Assembly (NCBI GenBank): GCA_963817385.1
Contig: CAWFOM010000016.1
Coordinates: 64,001-128,000, forward strand
Origin: an uncultured delta proteobacterium
GTDB lineage: Bacteria > Desulfobacterota > Syntrophia > Syntrophales > UBA5619
DNA: 64,000 bases
Direction of reading: 5' to 3'
Shown: in pieces, positions 28,592-39,155 of the stretch
Layout of the letters: every line of letters begins with the position of its first letter
How positions within the stretch are numbered: position 1 is the stretch's first letter
Translations under genes and position numbers: made by a program
Notes under the pieces: model-generated
Told to the model about the DNA's origin: nothing
What the model saw: the letters and a program-made list of their open reading frames with translations, nothing else
Databases searched by the model: none

Positions 28592-29356
28592 ATGAAGCAG
28601 CGGTACCTGTTTTTCATCTTAACCGTAACGGTGTTGACGTGCTCCTTCGCGTATGCGATTGACATCAAAGATGTCCCCTTTAAAATAGCCAATTTCGGCA
28701 AGGTCATATTCAACCATAACGAGCATTTCAGGCAAGAGGGGATAAAAAATAACTGCAAAACCTGCCATAATGCAATTTACAACCTCAGGAAACAAGTTCA
28801 TTACACCATGGTTGATATGGAGAAAGGCAAATCCTGCGGCGCCTGTCACAACGGCAAGCGGGCCTTCGATCTCAAGGATTGCATCAAATGTCACAAAGTT
28901 GCCGATATAACCATGAAAGTGAAGGAGACGGGACCCGTAACCTTCAGTCACAAGAAGCATGTCAAAGCGAACAATTGCGCCGTCTGCCATCCCAAGATAT
29001 ACGATATGGCTGCAAAAAAGCCGGTCACTATGGCTCAGATGGAGAAGGGCAAATCCTGCGGCGCCTGTCATAACGGCAAAGAGGCCTTTAAGACCGAGGA
29101 ATGCATTAAGTGCCATCCCTTCAAGGATGTGGATTTCAAGGTGCCGGATACGGGTGACGTCAAATTCAGCCACGAACTGCACACGGGCATGTACCAGTGC
29201 GGCGATTGCCACGTCAAACTCTATCTCCCCTCTGCAAAGAATAAGAGGATCACGATGGCTGAGATGGAGGCGGCAAAATCATGCGGCGCATGTCATAACG
29301 AAGGCAAAGGGGCCTTTACCGTAAAAGAAAATTGCGACCGCTGCCACAAGATGTAG
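28592..29356 (+). CDS. Periplasmic nonaheme cytochrome made of three c7-type domains
   Basis: Signal peptide (AYA); three repeats of V.F.H..H/CxxCH/TM..ME..KSCGACHN/CxxCH. Confidence 0.9.
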   Translation: MKQRYLFFILTVTVLTCSFAYAIDIKDVPFKIANFGKVIFNHNEHFRQEGIKNNCKTCHNAIYNLRKQVHYTMVDMEKGKSCGACHNGKRAFDLKDCIKCHKVADITMKVKETGPVTFSHKKHVKANNCAVCHPKIYDMAAKKPVTMAQMEKGKSCGACHNGKEAFKTEECIKCHPFKDVDFKVPDTGDVKFSHELHTGMYQCGDCHVKLYLPSAKNKRITMAEMEAAKSCGACHNEGKGAFTVKENCDRCHKM

Positions 29357-29570
29357 CACAGAGCGGGAGACGAACTTCTCCTGAGCGTGTGTGAACGTTG
29401 AGATGGAGGGGAAGCAAGCCGCAGAGAATGTTCTCGCTGGCGGATTCAAACGCGTTTCTCAAACACAGAAAGGTAATGTAACTGTCATTTGACAAAAGTG
29501 AATTGATCGTTAAGTTAATAAAAATTCAAATGGACCGGAAGAGTGTCCAAGAAAAGGAGAATAGATATCT

Positions 29571-29885
29571 ATGTTTTCTGTATCTGAAAAAGCAAGTGAG
29601 ATGATTAAGGAATTTTTTAAGAGTCGCACGGAGGCCCCCTCCATCAGGGTGGTGATGCAGGAGGGCGGCTGATCCGGGCCCTCACTGGGCATGGCTCTGG
29701 ATGAGTCAACAAAGGACGACGAGATATTCGAGGACCGGGGGGTTACCTACTTGGTCGAGAAGGCCCTCTTTGAAAAGGTCAAACCGATAGAGGTCGATTT
29801 CGTAACCAGCCCGCGGGGGTCGGGATTCAAACTGACCTCCAGCCTGAGTCAGGAAAGCGCCTGCGGATCATCTTGCAGTTGCTGA
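29571..29885 (+). CDS. HesB/IscA-like selenoprotein (Sec34)
   Basis: AAGGAG RBS; MFSVSEKA...EGG-TGA-SGPSLGMALDE in frame to ACGSSCSC; hairpin 3' of the TGA. Confidence 0.88.
29692..29708 (+). promoter_or_regulatory. Candidate bacterial SECIS apical hairpin
   Basis: TGGCTC-TGGAT-GAGTCA stem-loop 19 nt after the in-frame TGA at 29670-29672. Confidence 0.65.
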
Positions 29886-29893
29886 AAGCGCAC

Positions 29894-29923
29894 CCCGGAG
29901 TCCCAAGCCTCCGGGTTTTTTTT
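29894..29923 (+). terminator. Intrinsic terminator
   Basis: CCCGGAG...CTCCGGG followed by T8. Confidence 0.85.
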
Positions 29924-29946
29924 GCTTAAAACGCGTGCCTCACTCC

Positions 29947-30906
29947 ATGAAAGACGAGCAAACCCTCCCCGAACGTAATCTCGCCGATGCCCTGACCAGG
30001 ATGGGACGTCACACCGAGGCCGTCGCGCTCTACCGGAAACTCACCGAAACATTCCCGAAAGACGAATCCCACCTCCTCTCGCTGGCCTGGGCGCTCCACG
30101 ACAGCGGAAGGCCGCAAGAGGCTGCCGACTGTTTCGAGCGCCTCTTCCGGAAGGAGCTCTCGCGAAAACTTTTCACCGGCTTTGCCTATGACGAACTCGT
30201 CCGTATATATCGGGAGGGACAGAACTGGGACGCGCTGATCTTGGTCTGCGAGCGAGCTTCGGCTGCACAGCCGGAAGATGTCGGCTTGCTTAAAACCCTC
30301 GGTGATGCATATCTCATGGCGGATCGAACCGTCGACGCCTTGCATCTCTACGAAACGCTCATTTCCCTCGAACCGGAAGCCCCGGAGCATTGGTGTGCTC
30401 TGGGCGCTGCCCGGCTCGCTATTGGCAACATCGAGGAGGCCGAAGCGGCTTACACAAGGGCCGCTGAGATTGACCCTTCTGACGCACCCATCTTTTTCAA
30501 CCGTCTGGCCGATGGCTTTCTCCGCGCGGGCTATCCGGAAAATGCACAGGCGGCCATTGAGCGGTGCCTGGGGCTGAAACCCGGTGAGCCGCTTTATCTC
30601 ATGGATCTCGGCGACATTCTGATCCTCCGAGGGAAGCCGAATGCGGCGGTAGATGCTTACGCCCGCGCTGCGTTCCTCAATCCCGCTTCCGCAGGGGCCT
30701 GCTGGTGCCGTTTGGGCGACTTCCTCGCAAAGAACGGTCTCCACACGTCGGCTACGGACGCAATCACAAAAGCTGTAGCCACCGAACCGGAAAATCCCCG
30801 CTATTTACTGCGCCTGGCAGCGTCCTATGAAGCCCAAGGGTTGATCGACCTCGCCAGTGCAACGCTCCGCCGGGTGGAGAAACTGACCAAGACGGAAATT
30901 GCATAA
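29947..30906 (+). CDS. Tetratricopeptide repeat protein
   Basis: Repeated LG..Y/A...Y..A...P helical pattern. Confidence 0.82.
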   Translation: MKDEQTLPERNLADALTRMGRHTEAVALYRKLTETFPKDESHLLSLAWALHDSGRPQEAADCFERLFRKELSRKLFTGFAYDELVRIYREGQNWDALILVCERASAAQPEDVGLLKTLGDAYLMADRTVDALHLYETLISLEPEAPEHWCALGAARLAIGNIEEAEAAYTRAAEIDPSDAPIFFNRLADGFLRAGYPENAQAAIERCLGLKPGEPLYLMDLGDILILRGKPNAAVDAYARAAFLNPASAGACWCRLGDFLAKNGLHTSATDAITKAVATEPENPRYLLRLAASYEAQGLIDLASATLRRVEKLTKTEIA

Positions 30907-30972
30907 GACATCATTGGGGGATGGCGCCGCAAATCAGGGGATTGATGCGTCATCTTCCGACCGGTATACGCA

Positions 30973-33900
30973 TCAATTAAAATCGATTTTGTAATAGAGA
31001 TCCACGCCGCTCTCGCTCCCCGTCTGCGTCTCGATCTGCCACTGCTTGAAGATGTCGTAACGGAGGCGAAACAGGTTGCCGCCGGTGAATAGCGACCGCC
31101 CGTAACTGAAATAGAGCTGGGGCGTCAGATATTTCCCTACGGTCAGCATCGTCTGGGAGATACCGGCTGCCTGTCTTGCCGGGGCGACGCCGGCGGGCGC
31201 GACCGGGATCTGCTTATATCCACTGCGGCCGGGGGCTTCTCCGCCTGTCTGAAGCTCCAGGGTACTGAGCCCCAGCCGGTTCTTGATCTGTTCCTGCAGG
31301 GCGACCGATTGCCCCCGGGAAAGGAGCGCTCCGGCCACCTGCGCCATCATGGCCGCCTGTTCGCTGCTGTTGCCGTTGCCGAGCGGATGGCCGAAGACGA
31401 TGTAGGCCAGGGTATCCACGTCCGGCATCGAGGGCTCGGAGTAGAGCTTGATCACCGGCGCCCGGAGGATCCCCCCGGCCGTGACGCCGGCGCGCACGTC
31501 GCCGACGGTGCGAAGCGCCAGGATATCCAGCGTCGGCTGATTAAAGGGTCCTCCGGCGTAAAACAGGCGCCCGCGGACGATTTCCAGGTCTACTCCGTAG
31601 GCCTTGTAACGTCCCTTTGACCACCCTGATCTCGCCCCTGCTCGTAATTGTATCAAGACTTCGAAACACCAGATCGATGCTCCCGTCCAATTTGGCGTCG
31701 ATCCCTTCCATATTTACCAGGACTCTCTCGCCAAGCACCATCCGGACCTGGACATCCAGGGCAAAGGGGAAAGTATTTTTGACGGGCTTCGGCACCCCCT
31801 CCAGGATCACATCCTTGCTGGGCAGGACAACGGCCCGGGCCGCCTGGCTGACGATGAGCAGCTCCGGCAATCGCACCTCGCCCCGGATGTTCAGCCTCTC
31901 CGGAGTGCCCTCGAATGTGAGGTTCGGGGAACTCAGGATCTGCAGCTCGGGAAGGTAGACGGTCTGGAACCGCTCGCCGGTGATGCTTCCCTGGTAGCCG
32001 GCCACCTGCCACCCCTTGAGCCGTACGAGGGCCGTCCCCTCGATATGGCCGGGACCGGATAGAGCCCGAAAGGAATCGATGCGGATGAGCTCGTTTTCCA
32101 GGTGCATCGCGAGCTGGACCTCCTTGACATTGATGCCCGCCGTTGGCAGATACGCCCCGGCCTTGGCCAGCTTCAGAATCCCTTCGATCTTCGGTCTCCT
32201 CCCACGTCCCGCTGACCCGCAGGTTGGCGTTGAGCTCCCCGTGACTCTCCTGGATCAATCCCGGGAAGAGGGAGGCGAGAATTCCCTGCTCCCCGACCTG
32301 TCCGGTCAGCGACGCCTGAAGCGATCCCGAGCGGTCGAGGACGGCAGGGAAGCGCGCCGGGAAGGGCAGTTGGAAACTCCCCCGGACCTGTCCCTGCTCC
32401 GCCAGCGCCAAGGCAACGGCGCCGCGAAGCGCCTCTCCCCGCCAGTCCCAGGAGAGGGAAGCGGAGCGAAGGTTCCCCTTGATCTCCCCTCCCGGCCTCA
32501 TCCAGCGCACCTCCCCCCCGGAAAGGGCGGCGTCGCCCTTTAGCGCAAACCTCTGTCCCGGAAGAATAGTTCCCATCGCGCGGCCTGCGAACCTCCCTTC
32601 AAGGTTGACGGAACGAGGCAGCCAGGGGCGGATAATCAACAAGTCGATGCCGGCCCACTCCAGATCCACTTCTCCTTCGCCGGGGATAGCCGGACTTGCG
32701 GGCCGGCGTGATGAGAATCGCCCGTTTATTATTCCCCCGCCGGCAAGGGAGAGGTCCATTTTCGCATGTATCCCCCGTTCATTTCCGTCAAGGCTCAGCG
32801 CAATCTGCTCCAGGCTGATCGCGCGCCCGTCCATGGTCAGCACACCCGAAGCGCCGGTCCGGCCCGCCAAGACGAGTCGTCCGGTGTCGCTTTCCGAGGC
32901 GGGGCTGCGCAGGGAACCCTGCCAACCCAATGAGAGCTCCGCCGTGTGAAGAGTGGCATCGAGCGCATCGTTTCCCCGTTGCCAACGGATCTTCCCCGGG
33001 GCGAGAGATGCCTTCCCCGTGAGGTCGAGCCGTCCCCCGGTGAGGACGTTTCCGGTGACCTGCCCGGCAAGGCGTCCGGCGAGGATGACGTCGCGGGGCA
33101 ACCAGCGGCGAAGCGGTGCCAGGTCGATATCCGCCCATTCCGCCGTTATTTTCCCGGTTTCCGGGATAGACAGACGAGCGGGCGCGGGGGACGAAAAGGC
33201 CCCATTGAACGCTCCCCCGCCGGCCAAGCGGAGCTCCAGCCCAACGCGCATTCCTTCTTCACCCCCGTCGAGACTGAGCGAGCCCTCCTGTACGGCAATC
33301 CCGTACCCTTCCGCCGTTACCGTTCCCACCGCACGCGCGTTTCCCGAGAAGACAGGCGACTCTCCCTCCGGAAAGCGCAGCCGGATGTTTCCGGCGCTGG
33401 CTCCCGCTGCTCGCACCTCCGTGAGCCATGGGTTCACTCTGGCCAAATTCAGACCATTCCACGACGCCCGGACGGAACCGCCCGGCGGTTTCCCGGTCAG
33501 TTCACCGGCGATTTCAAGCCGCTCCGGTTGCTCACCCGTGATGACAAGGGGCGCGAGCGTGATTCGCCCGGCGGCAACGGACAGCGCAGCGGGAGCCTCA
33601 AGGCTCCACAGCCCGACGCCATCACGGCCGGAGAAGCGGACGATCTTCCCCTGCCAGCTCCCCCGACTATATGCCCCTAAGAAGGCTGCTCGCGCTTCTG
33701 CGCCGCCCGAGTGGAGCGCCGCGTTCACTGTATGCCGTGGGGCGGTCCCGTCCGCCTCCAGGGTCACCGAATCGGCCTGAAAGCGTTCGTACGCTACCTT
33801 GCGGAGGGTCGCGGCGATGTGCAGGAGGGATCCTTCCTCTTCCCCGAGCCGCGCGGACAGATTCACGGCTGCGACCCGCAACCCGCCGGCGGCAAGGTTC

Positions 33901-35447
33901 CCACCCCGACCGGTGAAGGAGCCGTCCAGACGCCCGTTACGCCAGCGTACCCACCCATCCGCCCGAAGCTCCCCGGTTGTCCGGGGGATCAGCCGACCCA
34001 GTTCGCCGACCTGGGCGGTGAAGGCCAGCCGTTTGCCGAGTTCACCCTCTGCATTGATCGTGAATCCCTTCCCTTGCAGCACCAGACGATCGACATGAAG
34101 GTCGCCATGGGCGAAATCGGCCTGAAACGCCCCGGTCAGGGCCTGCCCGTGCAGACGGCTCTCCAGGAGCCTGCCGTCCACCTTCCCCTTTGGCGGGGCC
34201 TGACCCGACCATGCACCGTTCCCCGCGAGATCGAAGTTGACCACCCCCATCCAGTCGGGGTCAATCCCGGCCGGGTTGAGATTCCTCCCGCTGATTGCCC
34301 CCTCCAGGGAAATCCCTTCGCGCCAGCGGATGCCCAGATGCCCCTGCACAGACCCGGCAAGCAGCGAGCCATGCAACGGGGACAGCGTTACCCCTGTGCT
34401 GTCTCCCTGATAGGAGCCGGAGAGACGCACCTCCCGCCACTCTTTCCCCCTGTTGGCAAGCGTAACCTCCCCCCGGTAGAGCCCCGGAGTTCCCGTGAGC
34501 GTCAGGGTTCCGGAGAGGTCGGTCGGCATGTTGAGTTCGGGGGCCAGATCGAGGCCGGCCGCCTCAAGCTGGAGCGCCAGGAGCGGCTCCCGGGCGGCAA
34601 GCGTGACGGTCCCCCCACCCGTGAGATGACCCGCCCGGCCAGGTCTGCTCACGCGGAGCTGCCGCAGATTGAAGGCCTTCCCGGTCATCCCCGCTTCCCC
34701 CGCAAGCTCCAGGCGCTTCACGTTGCCGGATGAACCGGCGGCGGCGAATCCCCCCGCCAGCTGCTCGGAACTCCGCCCGGGAAGAAACCGGCCCTGCAGG
34801 GAAAAGGCATCCATCCCCGCGACGGGCACAGCCGGGGTGACGACCAGGTCAACGTGGAAGAACGGCGGGGAAAAGCCGGCAGCGATGCTCCCCGTGACGC
34901 GCCCGGACGGCGCAACGGCCGTCAGATCGGAGATGGACAGCAGCGCGCTATGCCAGACCACAACGGAGGAGATGGTGGTCACATTCGCCGGCAGCCCGTC
35001 GAGACGGCGGTAGGTTAGGCCGTTCACCCGCAGGCGCTCGATCCGCCCGTCGAAAAACCCCGCCAATCCGGAGACCCGGGGCCAGGCGAGATCCGGCGTT
35101 GTTTCCTTGGGGGTGTTGTCGCGAATAAGCACGCCTGTCAGGGTCAGCTCTTTCGCGGCAACCCTGCCCGAAAGGAGGCTAAGCGGCGCCCAGCGGAAGT
35201 CGAGGCGCTCCATCCCCACCTCCACCGGCGCCAGAGCCACGCGGACGCCCCCCAGTTGCAGGCGGTCGAGCAGCCTCCCTTCGACCTCCCGGGCGGAGAT
35301 CGTAAGCGGCGTATGACGGGAAACCGCATCCATGAGCCAGCGGACGCCATCCGTCGTACCGGCGAGCCAGGCCGCGCCCCATCCACCCGCACCGATGAGC
35401 GTTGCCGCCAGAGCGGCGATCAATCCGTATGCCGCCGGGCGTTTCAC
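30973..35447 (-). CDS. tamB: Translocation/assembly module TamB, split by frameshifts near 32195 and 31617
   Basis: N-terminal anchor, long Gly-rich beta repeats, C-terminal TVGKYLTP.LY.SYG...GVDLYYKIDFN spread over three frames. Confidence 0.85.
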
Positions 35448-37210
35448 AGCTCGAACCCTACCGTGAAATGAATGCGAAATCCTGGGTCGTCCACTCCGAT
35501 CTGCCGGGCCACGGAGAGGTTCAAAGCGCCCACCGGGGTGTAGTAATGCAGGCCGAGCCCCGCCCCCTGGAAGAGGTGGACCCCGGTGAAGGAGTCAAAT
35601 GCGTTACCTGCGTCGTAAAATGCAGAGACGCCCCAGTCGCTGAAAAGGGCCCGTTCGAGCTCAACGCTCCCGGCAAGGAGATGCTTCCCTCCCGCCACTT
35701 GGCCGGTTGCATCAAGCGGGCCGAGGGACTGGTAGGCATAGCCGCGCACGCTCTGATCCCCCCCGGCAAAGAAACGAAGCGACGGGGGCAGATCGCTGAG
35801 CGGATCGCTCACGAGTGTGATCCCCACCCTGGCCCGCGTCTGGAGGGAAAGCCGCCACGGCAGCGGCAACAGAAAACTCCCCGCGGAGATGAGCTGGAGC
35901 AATTTCGTGTCCGAGCCGAGCCACTGGTTCGTTCCGCGCAGATCGAGGTTATAGCGGAAGCCCCGGACGGGACGCGTCGGGTTGTCGTAATGATCCCCGG
36001 AAAGGCGCAGGCCGGGCAAGACCAGTCGCGCGCTTGAATCCTGGGCCCCGACGGTATACTCCTCCCGCTGCAGCCTGACGTAGGCGGTCCCCAGCTCCTC
36101 CTTGCCGAAGCTGTGGTTTTTGTCCAGCTCCAGGGCAATCAACCGGCTCGTATACGAGGAAACGTCCTCCTGCTGGAGGTTGAACTGCAGCACGGTTGAA
36201 CTCCTGATATCTACCGCATCCGGAAGTATGTAGCCGGTCGCCAGCCCCTGGAGATGTTCGGAGACATAGAGATTCGAATAGAATTCATGGCCGCGGTGCA
36301 GCATATTGAGGTCACGGTACCGGACATTGAATCTTCCTCCCGTGTCCGTGCCGTATCCGATTCCCTGGCGGAGATTCTTGCGGGACGAAGGTTTCAGCTG
36401 CACAAGCACCGGCACCCGGAAATCCCGGGACTCCGCTTTTTCCGGCGTGACGTTGACCTCCCGGAAACGCTCGGAGTTTGTGAAGTTGAGCTGTGTCTCC
36501 CCGAGCCTGGCATGAGAAAAGGCATCTCCCGGCTTGAACGCCAGATAACGCTGTACGAACTGATCGGGATAATCCGCCCCTCCCTCGATTCTCACCCCAT
36601 TGAAGAAATACCGGCTGCCAGTTTCCAGTTCCAGCCGGATATCTGCGGTGGACGTTGTCTTCGCAATACGGACTTCGTGTACGACAAAATCGGCATCCAG
36701 GTACCCCAGTTCCTGAGCCCGAGAGAGGAGCTCCCCCTTGGCTTCCTCATATCGCTGCTGCAGGAGCACGCCGCCCTTTTTCAGGGGGAAGGCGGCCGCC
36801 TGTTTCTTCAGCGGCTCCTCATCCGCGCCCGGACCGTGCAGGGCGAGCGTCACCTCCGTGACGCGGACCGGCTCTCCCGGAATCACGCTGACCCGCAGGC
36901 GATAGGCGCATGAACCTACCTCCTCGATCGAGGTGGTGACCCGGGCGCTGTAATAGCCGTAGGGCTCAATCGCCGTCAGGACCCGTTCATCCGCCTGCCT
37001 CCCGAAACGTTCGAGCCACAACCGATCCGCCTTTCCTTCCTGAACCAATCCATAGGGGAGCACGAGCATGTCCCGTACATTTTTCAGGACATCGCCCTCA
37101 AGACCTTCCACGACGATCTCCACCGGTTCGGCGGCGGTCAACGGAGTGACGAAACATACCAGGAATAATAGCGGAATTATGGCGGCAGAGAGCAGCCCGA
37201 ATCTTGCCAT
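35444..37210 (-). CDS. tamA: TamA Omp85-family outer-membrane protein
   Basis: POTRA region (PYGYY, GY.DA), GYGTDTG, RFFAGGDQSVRGY, FYDAGN, TPVG. Confidence 0.9.
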   Translation of the reverse strand: MARFGLLSAAIIPLLFLVCFVTPLTAAEPVEIVVEGLEGDVLKNVRDMLVLPYGLVQEGKADRLWLERFGRQADERVLTAIEPYGYYSARVTTSIEEVGSCAYRLRVSVIPGEPVRVTEVTLALHGPGADEEPLKKQAAAFPLKKGGVLLQQRYEEAKGELLSRAQELGYLDADFVVHEVRIAKTTSTADIRLELETGSRYFFNGVRIEGGADYPDQFVQRYLAFKPGDAFSHARLGETQLNFTNSERFREVNVTPEKAESRDFRVPVLVQLKPSSRKNLRQGIGYGTDTGGRFNVRYRDLNMLHRGHEFYSNLYVSEHLQGLATGYILPDAVDIRSSTVLQFNLQQEDVSSYTSRLIALELDKNHSFGKEELGTAYVRLQREEYTVGAQDSSARLVLPGLRLSGDHYDNPTRPVRGFRYNLDLRGTNQWLGSDTKLLQLISAGSFLLPLPWRLSLQTRARVGITLVSDPLSDLPPSLRFFAGGDQSVRGYAYQSLGPLDATGQVAGGKHLLAGSVELERALFSDWGVSAFYDAGNAFDSFTGVHLFQGAGLGLHYYTPVGALNLSVARQIGVDDPGFRIHFTVGFEL

Positions 37211-37318
37211 GGGAAAACCTTTTGCTTGGGCGGAGACACCCATGGGGATGGCAGCCCCGAATACCCTGCTTTCAGGCGGGCTGCTCAAACCAGGCTGCGC
37301 TTCTGGTTAGAGAACATT

Positions 37319-37834
37319 TCAGGCCTTCCCCATCTTCTGCAGGGTTTCCTGGAAGACATGGTAGAAGGCCTTATGGTCGGCCACCCCCTGCTTGATGATC
37401 TTCCCCGCCGCATCGATATTCTTGAGATTGATGATGACGTTGACGCTCTGGTTGAAGGCGGCCATATTGTCCATCGTTCGGAATTTCTCACTGACCAGGA
37501 CTACGAAGAATTGCCGCCGCGTGGTCATGGCCATATCCTCCATATACTGGTGAACGCTGTTCGTCTGCGGATCAGCCTCATCGAAGAGCTCGTTCAAAAC
37601 GACAACGTCGAACACATGAAACCGCATGGCCTTGAGGGCGTCCTTGGCCGTCAACGGCGCTGTGACCTGGTATCCCAGATCCTTGAGACTACCGCTGATC
37701 CCCTCCCGGACGGCCGGATCAAGTTCGCAGACCAGAGCGGTCTCACCCCCCTCCTCCAGAAAGTCGAACGGCCGGTCCGCGGCATCATAATCTTCAGACG
37801 CCACTTCATTCACCAGGGTCTTTTCCTCTTCCAT
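37319..37834 (-). CDS. Hypothetical protein with receiver-like domain downstream of pilT/pilU
   Basis: AAGGAGGG RBS; ALVC..LGYQV..A..AL..MRFHVFDVVVLNE. Confidence 0.7.
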   Translation of the reverse strand: MEEEKTLVNEVASEDYDAADRPFDFLEEGGETALVCELDPAVREGISGSLKDLGYQVTAPLTAKDALKAMRFHVFDVVVLNELFDEADPQTNSVHQYMEDMAMTTRRQFFVVLVSEKFRTMDNMAAFNQSVNVIINLKNIDAAGKIIKQGVADHKAFYHVFQETLQKMGKA

Positions 37835-37850
37835 GACCTGTTCTCCCTCC

Positions 37851-39026
37851 TTAGAATCGTCTATCCGGTTTCCCGTAATTCTTATCCACTTCGAGCTTGC
37901 CGATATCGGTTGTGGCCTGTCCCATGGAGCTTTTGATGCTGTCGATGCCGCGGCCGACGATCCCCTTGTTGGAAGCATAGGCCTTCGCGGTCCCCTCGCT
38001 GATCAGCCTCTCCCGGAAGAGCTCAATGATGTAGTCATCGAAGGTGATCATCCCGAAGGCCTTCCCCGCCTGGATAATCTCGTAGAAGGTCTTTCCCTCC
38101 AGTTCGCCGTGGAGGATCGTATCCTTCACCCGGAGGTTCGATCCCAAGACCTCGAAGGCGGCGACCCGGCCGCCCCCCTCCTTGGGAAGGAGCCTCTGGC
38201 AAACGATCCAGCGCATCGTGTCGGCAAGCCGGATCCGGACCTGTGTCCCCTCCTCCGTGGAGAACATGCCGAGGATGCGGTTGATCGTCTGGCCGGCATC
38301 CACCGTATGGAGGGTGCTGAGGACCAAGTGGCCCGTCTCAGCGGCGGACAGGCCGATCTCCACCGTTTCGCGGTCCCGCATTTCGCCGACAAGGATCACC
38401 TTCGGCGCCTGGCGGAGCGCCGCGCGCAGCCCGCTGGCAAAGGTGTCGAAATCGGTCCCCATCTCCCGCTGGTTGAAGGTGGCCTTCTTATGGGGATGGG
38501 CGTATTCTACCGGATCCTCGAGCGTGACGATGTGGACCGACTTATGCTCATTGATCTCATTGAGGAGCGCGGCAAGCGACGTCGACTTGCCGGTCCCCGT
38601 GGCGCCGGTGAAGAGGATGATCCCGTTTTTCTCCTCGGCCATCTTGTGGAAGGACTTGGGAAAGTTCATATCCGTCAAGTTCGGGATTCTGGTCTCCAGC
38701 TTTCTGAGAACAACGGAGGCGTTCCCGCGCTGGGAGAAGATGTTCACCCGGAAGCGGGCCTTGCCCGGCAGATCGTACGAGCAATCGCACGACCCTTGGG
38801 AAAGGAAGATTTCCATCAGCCGCCGGTCCCGGCTCATCAGGTTCAGGGCGAAGATCTCCGTCTGAAAAGGGGTAAGTTTCAGGATGGGCGGGTCCAGATC
38901 GACGCCGAAGAGCTGTCCCGAGCTCTCCACCTGGAATGGTTTCCCCACCGTGATGTTCAGATCAGAAACATTCCTGTGGGAATCGAGCATCTTTCCCAGG
39001 ATATAATCGATCTCCGGTTTTCTCAT
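37851..39026 (-). CDS. pilU: PilT/PilU family type IV pilus retraction ATPase (second paralog)
   Basis: SDL, RFRVN.F, GATGTGKST, EDPVE, ALRQAP..ILVGEMRD, TGHLV.STLH. Confidence 0.85.
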   Translation of the reverse strand: MRKPEIDYILGKMLDSHRNVSDLNITVGKPFQVESSGQLFGVDLDPPILKLTPFQTEIFALNLMSRDRRLMEIFLSQGSCDCSYDLPGKARFRVNIFSQRGNASVVLRKLETRIPNLTDMNFPKSFHKMAEEKNGIILFTGATGTGKSTSLAALLNEINEHKSVHIVTLEDPVEYAHPHKKATFNQREMGTDFDTFASGLRAALRQAPKVILVGEMRDRETVEIGLSAAETGHLVLSTLHTVDAGQTINRILGMFSTEEGTQVRIRLADTMRWIVCQRLLPKEGGGRVAAFEVLGSNLRVKDTILHGELEGKTFYEIIQAGKAFGMITFDDYIIELFRERLISEGTAKAYASNKGIVGRGIDSIKSSMGQATTDIGKLEVDKNYGKPDRRF

Positions 39027-39155
39027 CGCATGCCTCCTGCAATCGATCGTTGCTGAAGCGGCCGCTCATAAAGTCGCCATCGCCCGGCTGACTTTGCCGG
39101 CACTGTCGCCGACTCCCCCTGCCGCTCCACTCCTCTTTTGATCCGCTCCCGGGCA

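Noticed and set aside
31600..32200. Programmed ribosomal frameshifting in tamB
   Set aside because: No slippery heptamer with a stimulator, and similar indels occur in many unrelated genes
35444..37210. Outer-membrane barrel as the porin of a porin-cytochrome conduit
   Set aside because: It has POTRA and Omp85 motifs and is paired with tamB, so it is TamA
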